A stretch of 64,000 nucleotides of DNA from a virus. The stretch lies in the IMG/VR virus record IMGVR_UViG_3300030419_006839, positions 1 to 64,000 of that record. One strand, written 5' to 3'. Made by a program: the position numbers and the translations under genes. The notes beneath the pieces are model-generated. The model worked only from the letters and a program-made list of their open reading frames with translations, made no database searches and was not told where the DNA came from. How positions within the stretch are numbered: the stretch's first letter is position 1; every line of letters starts with the position of its first letter. This document shows positions 35,486 to 44,808 of this stretch, in pieces.

Positions 35486-36253
35486 ATGGCAGATGATATA
35501 AAGATTTGGTTAGAAGATTCATATAATATTGGGTATACGTTGACAACCAACTCTGGTTGGCACAGTAATACCAAAAAATTTCGTCTGTTTGATAGTGCTA
35601 TAGATGATGTATTTTTAATAAGGGTTCCTGAATATAAGAAATTAAAAACTAGTAGTAATTATATTAAGTTTTATTATAAAGATGCAGCTTTTGGTAGTAG
35701 TGAAACTTATAATAATGATGCAATAACGAGTGAATATTTAGATTCCCGTACATATGGGTCTTCAGATGGTGGAGTTATGTCTGGAGTAGTATCTGTTCAG
35801 TCAAGTAATTCAACTACTGATACAATAAGTTCAGATTACACGATAGATTTCCATTTATTTTCAGGATCTAGTAGTCCAAAATTAACATTAAATGCAACTA
35901 ATCAGAATTTACCCAAATCAATGTCAATTACTCCGTATTTTCCACAGAGTAATACTTATCAGTTAATGAATGGAGGAACTTCATCGTATACTCCATACAA
36001 TAAGGTAAAAATAGAATTAGAATTTGAATTTTTACCTGTTGGAACTTTGAATACTATACTAGAGATATTCAGAAAACCAATTTTAATTCAACCAGATCCA
36101 AGTTCGTTTGCACCAACAACAAACTCATCTGATTACGATTGGAAGAATAGATACTATCATTGTAATTGGATGGACGATCAAATAGATTTTAAATACACTA
36201 GTTCCTATAAGGGGTCAGGATATAGTGGTAAAATAACACTAATAGAAGCATAA
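35486..36253 (+). CDS. Tail protein, distal-tail (Dit)-like
   Basis: C-half KIELEFEFL...PILIQPD...YSGKITLIE resembles Dit; located in tail operon. Confidence 0.4.
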   Translation: MADDIKIWLEDSYNIGYTLTTNSGWHSNTKKFRLFDSAIDDVFLIRVPEYKKLKTSSNYIKFYYKDAAFGSSETYNNDAITSEYLDSRTYGSSDGGVMSGVVSVQSSNSTTDTISSDYTIDFHLFSGSSSPKLTLNATNQNLPKSMSITPYFPQSNTYQLMNGGTSSYTPYNKVKIELEFEFLPVGTLNTILEIFRKPILIQPDPSSFAPTTNSSDYDWKNRYYHCNWMDDQIDFKYTSSYKGSGYSGKITLIEA

Positions 36254-36269
36254 TGCCAAAGGAGAAAAA

Positions 36270-36797
36270 ATGGCTAGGAAAAAAAGACAACAAGAAGAAA
36301 CAGTAGAAACCCCAGAGACAGAAGATGTCGAAGAAGAAGTAACTGAGGAAGTAGAAGAAGAAAAGCCCAAAAAGAAAACATTTACAAGTCGTGATGAATT
36401 AATCAAAAGACGATATAGAAAAGGAGTTGTAGAAACTAGTTTAGGCAGGATTTTTGAAATAAAAAGTATTGATCCTAAAACGTTGTTAATTACTAAGGGT
36501 ACAGCATTCTTACCTGCATTTAATGATTTTGTTAGTGAAGCTTCAGCAGAAGCCTTACAAAATCCAGAATTATTGTCTTTTGTAACTGAAGTTGTAATAT
36601 TATCAGTTACATCTTTAAATTTAGTCGATAAGGAAATTGAGGATTGCAATGAGGAAGAAGTTCCTGTTGGTGCTATAGACATGGACGAACAAATAGAGAT
36701 TTTTTCTGCAGTTATGGATCTTTGTGCAACAGAGGAGGAAAAAAGAGAATGGTCGTTTTTTCGTAACACAACTGAAGAAGAATCCACGACTGATTAA
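36270..36797 (+). CDS. Tail assembly chaperone (gpG-like)
   Basis: Acidic protein just upstream of tape measure, overlapped by a second ORF in another frame. Confidence 0.7.
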   Translation: MARKKRQQEETVETPETEDVEEEVTEEVEEEKPKKKTFTSRDELIKRRYRKGVVETSLGRIFEIKSIDPKTLLITKGTAFLPAFNDFVSEASAEALQNPELLSFVTEVVILSVTSLNLVDKEIEDCNEEEVPVGAIDMDEQIEIFSAVMDLCATEEEKREWSFFRNTTEEESTTD

Positions 36798-37002
36798 TAG
36801 TTTAGCAGAATTAGATTTTATGGCTCAAAGGTATTCATTAGACCCTGTAACTTTAATTTATCCAGATTGCAGTAATCCTTTCTACAGGCTTGCACTGATG
36901 AGAAAGATTGCAGAAGCAGGTGTAGAGATGGAGAAAAGAGCCTATCAAGAGGCTGAAGCTAAAGCTAAAGCACAATCTCAGCAACAACAATTCATGAGGT
37001 AA
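36763..37002 (+). CDS. Frameshift extension (gpGT-like) of the tail chaperone
   Basis: +1-frame ORF lacking a good RBS; TCG TTT TTT CGT at 36753-36764; ends 3 nt before tape measure ATG. Confidence 0.6.
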   Translation, partial: VTQLKKNPRLINSLAELDFMAQRYSLDPVTLIYPDCSNPFYRLALMRKIAEAGVEMEKRAYQEAEAKAKAQSQQQQFMR

Positions 37003-37005
37003 AAA

Positions 37006-40000
37006 ATGGCACAAATAGATATTAATGTAGCTCTTGAAGGTTTTCAAAGAGCCAATCAATCATTACAAAATTTAGAAGATAGAATAAATGCCATTAATGA
37101 AGCTAGGAAAAGGCAAGAAGTAGCTGAGAGATCTGTCCAAGAAGCACAAAGAAGATTAAATATAACACAAGATGCTTCTTCAGCTTCAGCAAGCTCTGTC
37201 GAGATTGCTACTGCAGCATTATCTGAAAGAACAAGGGAATATGGAGAAGCTGTAGCAGCATCTCGTAATCAAGTTGAAATACTAGCAGTAAGTTTAAAAA
37301 GCTCATTAGTTGATGGATTAGCCCGTGTTGCTGCTGCTTCAATAGATGCTGCTTCTAAATGGGAGAATTTTACCTTAGCTATGAATTCTGTATCTGTTAG
37401 TTCAGATAGAGCAGCAGAATCAATAGATAATTTAGTTAAAATTTCTAGACTTCCTGGAGTAACTTTAAATGATGCATTAGAGTCTAGTGTTAAACTGCAA
37501 GCAACTGGAGCTTCTGCAGAAGAAGCTGCTAGAATGGTTGCTGAATTAGGTAATGCCTTAGCTACCGTTGGTGCTACTCAAGGGCAATTGCAAGGTGTGA
37601 TGTTAGCAATCACACAAATCCAAGCTAAAGGATATGTCTATGCAGAAGAGATTTATCAAATTGCTGAACGACTCCCCCAGATCAGACAAATAACTAAAGA
37701 TATATATGGTACAGCTAACACAGAAATAATTAAAGCAGAAGGTTTTACGGCAAAGGAATTCTTAAGGGGATTAACTGATGGTCTTGAAAGATTACCTAGA
37801 TTGAAAGATTCTTTAACTAATTCTATAAAAAACTTAAATAATGAGATATTTCTTTTATTTAGAACAGTAGGTGAGGATTTAGTTAAAGCCCTAACTACTG
37901 CTGCTAATTTAGCTAGTGAGTTTTTAAGAGCAGTAAATTCATTAAATCCTGCTGTATTAAAAGCTGTTGGTAATCTTACAATGCTTTCTCTTGTTTTGAT
38001 TACAGTAGATAGAACTCTTAAAACATTGAATCAATCTAAATCAGTTTTGGCAATATTTGAAGTTTTTCAGAAGGGAGCAGTTATGGGTGGACTAACTAAG
38101 TTTTCAACTGGACTTAGTAGTTCTTTAGGAAAGGTTGCTACAGCATTTTCACTTATTGGTTCACAAATAGCTAAATTATTACCTTTTGTTGCTGGTTTTA
38201 CTACATTGGTTGGAGGATTAGTAGCAGCGTTGGCTGTAGTTTCTATAGGTACAGTACTATATATAAAACATAAAACTAAGTTAGCAACAAAATTAAAAGA
38301 AGTTCAAGAATCAACAGCAGAGACAACAGAGGAGTTCAAAAAGTACAACGCACTATTAGGAGATACCAGACTTGCAATAGCTCAAGCAGAGTCAATAGAT
38401 CAATTAACTCAAAGTATAGATAAAGAAACTGATGCTAGGATTAAAAGAAGACTTGAGGTTGAGCGTGAGTTAAAATATCAACAATCATCTAAACAAGTGA
38501 AAAGTTTATTTCAGAGAAGTACTGATTCTAAAGGTAATGAGAGATTAACTTTTAACATTAAAAGTGAAAACGACTTATTAGCAACTCAAGAAGAGATAAG
38601 AGAAAGAAACATAAAAAACATACAAAAACAAATCAAACAAGCATCAGAAATTGTGGAAGTAGCTAGGAAAAATATGAATAAGAAGAGTCTTAATCCATTT
38701 AAGATTTTTGATGAAGAGAAAACTTCAGAGAAAAGGTTAGTCGTGTATCAAGATGCTTTAAAAGAACAGCATAAATTAATGTCTATGTTGGATTCGTATG
38801 TATCAACAAGGGAAAGAACTACGAAACTTTTATCTATTAACTTAGAAAAAAGTTTGAATGAAGCTGAACAAGATATACAGAAGTTTAGTACTTTTTCTCA
38901 AGATCAATTAACTCAAATAGAAAATGCTGGATCTCTTACAAAGAGAAAGCAAGTAGAGGAAAACCTTGCTGCTCAAAATGCTTTACGAACTAGTTTAGCT
39001 CAAAATAGAAAAGAAATGATTTCTATACAAAAAGAACTATTGAAAAACCAATTTAGAGATTTAGTTCAGATATTATCTGATGAAAGTGGTGAATTTGCTA
39101 AATTAGAACAAGAACAAAGGTTAAGAGTTTCAGAAGAAATGATAAGGCAACTTGATAAACTAAGAACAAGGGAACTTAGTGGACAAGATATAACAGGAGA
39201 AAGACTTAAATTAGATGTTGGTGATTTTTTAGGTGACCAGAATATTGATATTAAAATAAACACAATACTAGACCCAACTACAGTTCAAAATATTGGCCCT
39301 GCAATTGCTCAGTTTAAAACTCTTGCTAATAGGTTTGAAACAATGGAAACACAAGCAAGGAAGTATAAAGAAGAAGAAAGACAAAGACTTAATGAGCAAC
39401 TATATACTAATGAAAAAACTAAATTAGAACTAAAAGAAATAGAATTCACTTTAGAAAGAAATAAATCTAGTTTAACAAACACTTCAGAAGCTCAAGAATA
39501 TTTAAATACATTAACTGAACGTCATTTTGAAATACTTAAACTAGATTTAGAAATATTGAAAGCTACAAACGATAATGAACAAGAAAGATTGGAAGTTTTA
39601 GAAAAACAAAAGATTTCAGTAACTGAATTTTATACTGCTAAATTACAGAAAATGAAGGAAGAACATAATCTTCTAAAATCTAATTTAGAGCTTGAGATGA
39701 AAATAGGAATGGCTCAATCTGGTGGAGGATCTGATTCTGAAACTGTTCAAAGTTTTATTTCTTTATCTCAGGCATTAAATAAAATACAAACACAAAGAGA
39801 TAAATTGCTTAAGACTTCTCAAAGACAAACTGAATTGGAGAACAAAAGAATAAGTACGGATAAGTCTTCCGCTGAACTCCAAGAGGAACTTGATAAAGAA
39901 CGTACTAAATTAAGTAGACTGACAGTAACCTCTGAAAGAAAATTTGAAACAGAGAGAAAAAACCTTGAAAGACTAAAGAAAGAACAACTTTCAGAAGTTT

Positions 40001-42993
40001 CTAGAGATACATCAATGAGTCCTAGTAGTTATAAGTCTTATATTGAGGGAGATTCTTCAAAAAAGGTGTTTACAGAAGTTAGCAAATCCTTAAGTAATCT
40101 TGGTATGCAAGCTATTAATTACAATTTATTAATAGAGGAAAATCATAAATTTGAAAAACAAATAACTGAAGAATTGGAAGAACAAAAAGATAAAGTTAAA
40201 AACATAGATTTATCATACCAGAATTCATTATCAACACTAGAGTCTATTGGAAGTGAGATAGAAAGTTCAGTTTTATCTCAAGTCATACAAACACAAGAAC
40301 TTGCTAATTACCATCAAGAATTAAAAAATAGTACTGCAACATTAAACCATCAAGCAGATCAGTTAGAATTTCAATTAGATTCTATTGAAAAGATGAAGAC
40401 ATCAATGGAAGCATTAAATTTATCAATTAACAGTGGTGCAGAAGCATACGAAAAACAAAGAAAAAACATAGAACTTAATATAAAAGAAAAACAAAATGAA
40501 TTGGCAGTAGAAAAATTATCAATACAAAATGCTGCTGATAATTTGGAAATTTCTATAGATATGAACGAGATACAAAACAATATTAAAGAAATTACAAAAA
40601 CAATTACAGAGGAAGAGGAAGAATCAAATAAACTAGGTAAACAAAACCTAGTAGCAGCAATGGAAAGATATTTGGCAAATGTGAATTTGAGTGAAGAATT
40701 AATAAAACAAATGGAGATTTCTATACTAAACTTAGACATAGAGAGACGATCAACTGTTATTAGAGAGGAAAATAGTAGAAAATTAGCTATTTCCAATAAG
40801 GAAGTAGAAGATAGTTTATCTGTTCAAATTGCAAGGCAAAAACTATTGGATGATACTGAGCATAATAGATTACGAACTATGGAATTAACACATAGGAAAA
40901 ACATAGAAATACAAGAAGCACAACTAGAAAACATTAAAGGAAACTTAGAAGACGGTAAAAAAGCATTTCAAGAGCTTAGGAAAGAAGGTTTTGTTGAAGA
41001 GGGGAGAGTTAATTATACCAAAATAGAAGGAATAGAAAGTGAAAAAGAAAGATATAAGGAAATAATGACATTGGCAGCAACGGCATATAATGCTATTGAA
41101 GAAATAGCAATTAAACATGATATTAAATTAAAAGAAATGTCTATAGAAAATGCGAAAGATCTTTTTAATATAGAAGTAGATTTATTTGAAAGGGCAGAAC
41201 TTAAAAAGAGACATGAAATTGACATAACAAATAAAAAAAATGAAGATAGTATAAAACTATTAGAACTAGAGTTAGAACTTGGTAAGAAGTTTTCCGAAGG
41301 GAAACAGAAAGATTCTGAACAGTTAGAAATACTAATCAATAAACAAAACCGACAATTAGAAATAGAAGGAGAGATTTTAAATAACCTAATAGAAAGTGAT
41401 GGTATATTAAGTGATACAGTGGCTAAACAAATACAATCTCTGCAGCATCTTTCAAGAGAAAATGATTTACAAAGAAATATTTTAGAATTGCAATTAAAAA
41501 GAAACGAACAAGAAAGAATATATAATAATTTATTAGATGAATCATCTAATTTCTTGAAAATGTCTGATTTGGAACGTAGAACTCAATTAACAAGACAAAG
41601 AATGACTCCTGGTGGTATGATTCCAAATCCATTACAAGAATATTCTAATATAAATGCTGAACTAATTAGAGCAGAAATGGAAAGATCAGTTCAACTTAGT
41701 ATAATTAAGGATAAACATAAAGAGGATGATAAAAAAAGAGAACAAGAAACTCTTAAAATAAATAATGAATTTAATATAAAAAGAAGTGAATTGGCCTTAC
41801 AAGTAGAACAACAAGATTTAGAAAACTTTGAAAAAGTAAAAGACAACATAACAACATTACTTGAAGATAAAATAAATAATCACTTTGAAGCAGCAGAAGC
41901 AGAGAAAGAATTAAATAGAGAAAAAAATGAAGCAATTGCAGAGATGGAAAGAGATCTATATAGAGAATTAAGAGACATACAAGAAGATTACACACTAACA
42001 TTTAATGAGAGAATGAACAAATTAGAAAGTTTAGCTAGAGATAGTTCAGAAAGAAGATCTGAGATAGAAAAAGAAGCCGATGAAAAGAAAGAAGAATTTG
42101 ATACAAATAATCTATTTAGTAGAGAAAGATTAGTTAATTATGGATCTTCAGTTGGTGGATCTCTTATTGCTTCAGCATCTATGCCATTGATAAGATCTCT
42201 AACTAGACCTACTGTTGAAGCTAATAGTGAGGGATTAGATGGTCGTTTAGGTAACTTAAGTAATACTGATTTTACAAACATGGGTAGTATTAGCGATATG
42301 TTTAAAAACTTATTTCTAGGAAAGGTAGAACAAGCAGAAGGTATTACTATAAACGAAATTCTTGAAAAAAACACTAATGCAATTGTAGATAACACTCAAG
42401 CACTATTGATTACAACAAATAATCAGAGAGGATATAAACAAGCGGAAAATTACATTTTTGATAAACTTAGTGGGGGTCTACTAGGTGCTGGTAGTGCTGG
42501 TAGTAGTGAAATAGATAATAGTGGTAAGTTTAAAGAATCGGTGAAAAGTCTTCCCTCTTTAACTAATTTCACTAAGATTTTTAAGGATGTGGGTGCAAGT
42601 TCTATTTTTAGCGGTCTAGGAGGAATTCCTACAAGCCCTGTACTTAATAATTTATGGGAAGATATATCAAAAGATATTTCAGTTCCAGAGACGATTTTTA
42701 GAAGTTTTCTTAGATTACTTGCTCCTTTCGACAACCCAACAAATGACAATAAACTCATGACTCAATATAAGCAACTTGGATCAGAGATGCAAAAAGCTCA
42801 AGAAAGATCTGCTGCTGACATGATAGGAATAAGTGCTGGAGCATTTACTGAAGCGTATGCACAAGCAGCATCAAATTCTGGACAAGGTGGAGTTCCAAAT
42901 GTTACCATTAGTGGTGAATTTCGTTTAGATCAGGGAGCAATAAGGTTCTTTGAGGATGAGAGAAATAGATTATCCAAACGTGGTAATATTTAA
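37006..42993 (+). CDS. Tape measure protein
   Basis: Tape-measure N-terminal domain (VMLAITQIQAKGYVYAEEIYQIAERLP), hydrophobic segment, very long coiled coil; 1995 aa. Confidence 0.92.
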   Translation: MAQIDINVALEGFQRANQSLQNLEDRINAINEARKRQEVAERSVQEAQRRLNITQDASSASASSVEIATAALSERTREYGEAVAASRNQVEILAVSLKSSLVDGLARVAAASIDAASKWENFTLAMNSVSVSSDRAAESIDNLVKISRLPGVTLNDALESSVKLQATGASAEEAARMVAELGNALATVGATQGQLQGVMLAITQIQAKGYVYAEEIYQIAERLPQIRQITKDIYGTANTEIIKAEGFTAKEFLRGLTDGLERLPRLKDSLTNSIKNLNNEIFLLFRTVGEDLVKALTTAANLASEFLRAVNSLNPAVLKAVGNLTMLSLVLITVDRTLKTLNQSKSVLAIFEVFQKGAVMGGLTKFSTGLSSSLGKVATAFSLIGSQIAKLLPFVAGFTTLVGGLVAALAVVSIGTVLYIKHKTKLATKLKEVQESTAETTEEFKKYNALLGDTRLAIAQAESIDQLTQSIDKETDARIKRRLEVERELKYQQSSKQVKSLFQRSTDSKGNERLTFNIKSENDLLATQEEIRERNIKNIQKQIKQASEIVEVARKNMNKKSLNPFKIFDEEKTSEKRLVVYQDALKEQHKLMSMLDSYVSTRERTTKLLSINLEKSLNEAEQDIQKFSTFSQDQLTQIENAGSLTKRKQVEENLAAQNALRTSLAQNRKEMISIQKELLKNQFRDLVQILSDESGEFAKLEQEQRLRVSEEMIRQLDKLRTRELSGQDITGERLKLDVGDFLGDQNIDIKINTILDPTTVQNIGPAIAQFKTLANRFETMETQARKYKEEERQRLNEQLYTNEKTKLELKEIEFTLERNKSSLTNTSEAQEYLNTLTERHFEILKLDLEILKATNDNEQERLEVLEKQKISVTEFYTAKLQKMKEEHNLLKSNLELEMKIGMAQSGGGSDSETVQSFISLSQALNKIQTQRDKLLKTSQRQTELENKRISTDKSSAELQEELDKERTKLSRLTVTSERKFETERKNLERLKKEQLSEVSRDTSMSPSSYKSYIEGDSSKKVFTEVSKSLSNLGMQAINYNLLIEENHKFEKQITEELEEQKDKVKNIDLSYQNSLSTLESIGSEIESSVLSQVIQTQELANYHQELKNSTATLNHQADQLEFQLDSIEKMKTSMEALNLSINSGAEAYEKQRKNIELNIKEKQNELAVEKLSIQNAADNLEISIDMNEIQNNIKEITKTITEEEEESNKLGKQNLVAAMERYLANVNLSEELIKQMEISILNLDIERRSTVIREENSRKLAISNKEVEDSLSVQIARQKLLDDTEHNRLRTMELTHRKNIEIQEAQLENIKGNLEDGKKAFQELRKEGFVEEGRVNYTKIEGIESEKERYKEIMTLAATAYNAIEEIAIKHDIKLKEMSIENAKDLFNIEVDLFERAELKKRHEIDITNKKNEDSIKLLELELELGKKFSEGKQKDSEQLEILINKQNRQLEIEGEILNNLIESDGILSDTVAKQIQSLQHLSRENDLQRNILELQLKRNEQERIYNNLLDESSNFLKMSDLERRTQLTRQRMTPGGMIPNPLQEYSNINAELIRAEMERSVQLSIIKDKHKEDDKKREQETLKINNEFNIKRSELALQVEQQDLENFEKVKDNITTLLEDKINNHFEAAEAEKELNREKNEAIAEMERDLYRELRDIQEDYTLTFNERMNKLESLARDSSERRSEIEKEADEKKEEFDTNNLFSRERLVNYGSSVGGSLIASASMPLIRSLTRPTVEANSEGLDGRLGNLSNTDFTNMGSISDMFKNLFLGKVEQAEGITINEILEKNTNAIVDNTQALLITTNNQRGYKQAENYIFDKLSGGLLGAGSAGSSEIDNSGKFKESVKSLPSLTNFTKIFKDVGASSIFSGLGGIPTSPVLNNLWEDISKDISVPETIFRSFLRLLAPFDNPTNDNKLMTQYKQLGSEMQKAQERSAADMIGISAGAFTEAYAQAASNSGQGGVPNVTISGEFRLDQGAIRFFEDERNRLSKRGNI

Positions 42994-43009
42994 TCATAGG
43001 AGGTAAATC

Positions 43010-43363
43010 ATGGAAGAAACACTGTTAACGACACTTACCGAATTAGGTAGTACTGCATTTATTCAATTACTATTAGGTATTGTGATATACTTAGCAATAA
43101 CAAAGTACCTTCCTAGAGTTGCCCAAGAACACAAAGAGCAAATAGAGAATCAAAGAACTGATTTCATGACACAACTAGATAAGCTTGAAAACAATAGACA
43201 TGAAGCGGTAATAGCGTTTCAGAAAACAATTGATGATTTGGAGACAGCAGTAGAAAAGAATGAAAAATCTTTAGGTAAGTTGGTTTCTATTATAATCTCC
43301 ACTCAAACTACTTCTGCAGAAGAAAGTCAAAAACTATTAGAAAAAGTTTTAAATGGAGATTAA
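43010..43363 (+). CDS. Holin-like single-pass membrane protein
   Basis: N-terminal TM (AFIQLLLGIVIYLAI) then coiled coil; GGAGG RBS. Confidence 0.5.
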   Translation: MEETLLTTLTELGSTAFIQLLLGIVIYLAITKYLPRVAQEHKEQIENQRTDFMTQLDKLENNRHEAVIAFQKTIDDLETAVEKNEKSLGKLVSIIISTQTTSAEESQKLLEKVLNGD

Positions 43364-43364
43364 T

Positions 43365-43583
43365 ATGGAACCACATTACTTAGAGGAACTAAAACGTATA
43401 AATAAAAGATTAGATGATTTAGATAAAAAAATTGATGTCATGATGGAAAACCATATATACCATTTATCTTTAGAGATAACAAAAATGCAAACATATTTTA
43501 AGGTATTAACTGGTTTTGTGGTTTTTTTACCACCTATAACAGTGACAGCAATAAAAGTTTTTGAAGTTCTAACTCAGGGATAA
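43365..43583 (+). CDS. Small coiled-coil protein with C-terminal TM helix (XhlA-like architecture)
   Basis: GGAG RBS before ATG 43365; LDDLDKKID...VLTGFVVFLPPITV. Confidence 0.5.
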   Translation: MEPHYLEELKRINKRLDDLDKKIDVMMENHIYHLSLEITKMQTYFKVLTGFVVFLPPITVTAIKVFEVLTQG

Positions 43584-43585
43584 AA

Positions 43586-44806
43586 ATGTCAATAACTTTT
43601 TTAGATGCCCTACAACAAGATATTAGGCCAAAATATTCTTTTTTTTTAGTGGAGAAGCCACCTTCCTATAAAAAAAATCCATACCCACCCATACATAATA
43701 CAACAAATAACAACCCATTAAGAGTAACCAATATTTCTTCTAATTCTGTAGGTGGTATTAACTATGTAAAAATAACTACAGAATATGACCATCAAATGGA
43801 AGTTGGTGATGAAATATATATTTCTGGTTCTGGAGGATTTAATGGACACCATACAGTCAAACAAGTATTGAATACTACAGTTTCAGTATTGGAAACTATA
43901 TATTCTGGAAGTGATGAAAATCCTTCAAGTTGTACATGGAAGTTTTATTGGTATAAGTGGTCAGAAGACTTACAAAACACATCTTCTGATTTAGGTGGTT
44001 CACTAGAGAAAACAAGGAGAATAGATATTAGCAAATATGTACTTGAATGTAGAGATGTAAGTTTTGATTCAGAAGGAATTGTTCCACATACATATATGCA
44101 TAGCTCTGTTGATATTAGGTTACTTAAAAATTTAAACAAAAACAAACAAAAAGAAGAAAGTTTTGACATAAGTAGAAGCGAAAATATATTTACAGAAATG
44201 AAATATAAATCGAGTGGATATGGAGCAAAAATATATTGCAATATAGAATTTGAATATTCAGATGGTACTTCAAAAAGTATAGAACCTTTCTTTATTGGTT
44301 TTGTTATAGATGCTAAAATGGGTGTAGATTATATTAACCTTACATTAGATAATGGAACTTATGAAATAAAAGAGAAGGAAATAAGAGAGTTTGGAACCTA
44401 TATACAAGACGTAATTCCTGTTAATAATAGATCTTCTAAAGGTGATGGGGTTACTTTTAAAACTAATATATTCCCTATTTCTAAAGGTTTTTTTGAAGCC
44501 TGGTTGTTTAAGAGAGCGGATAGAAAACCTGAGTTAAAAGATCTAGAACCAGATAGATTTTCTATAGAACCTAAATATTCAGGGTTTGATGTGTCAGACA
44601 CTTACTGGAAAGAAGAAAAAAAGCCATATGAAAACATAAACGAAGGAGATGTAAAAATAGCTGATTTTGTAAGAAGATCAAATGTTTATGATTTAAGTAA
44701 TGTTAGAGATAGAATGTTTAAAGTTAAAAGCAATCCAAGTGATGGTGATTACTTCGGTGAATACAATAGAATAACTGATTATGAAGAACATAAGGTAGGG
44801 GGATAA
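43586..44806 (+). CDS. Tail tip/baseplate protein
   Basis: Post-TMP position; IDISKYV and PFFIGFV hub-like motifs; inserted ITTEYDHQMEVGDEIYISG domain. Confidence 0.55.
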   Translation: MSITFLDALQQDIRPKYSFFLVEKPPSYKKNPYPPIHNTTNNNPLRVTNISSNSVGGINYVKITTEYDHQMEVGDEIYISGSGGFNGHHTVKQVLNTTVSVLETIYSGSDENPSSCTWKFYWYKWSEDLQNTSSDLGGSLEKTRRIDISKYVLECRDVSFDSEGIVPHTYMHSSVDIRLLKNLNKNKQKEESFDISRSENIFTEMKYKSSGYGAKIYCNIEFEYSDGTSKSIEPFFIGFVIDAKMGVDYINLTLDNGTYEIKEKEIREFGTYIQDVIPVNNRSSKGDGVTFKTNIFPISKGFFEAWLFKRADRKPELKDLEPDRFSIEPKYSGFDVSDTYWKEEKKPYENINEGDVKIADFVRRSNVYDLSNVRDRMFKVKSNPSDGDYFGEYNRITDYEEHKVGG

Positions 44807-44808
44807 TA

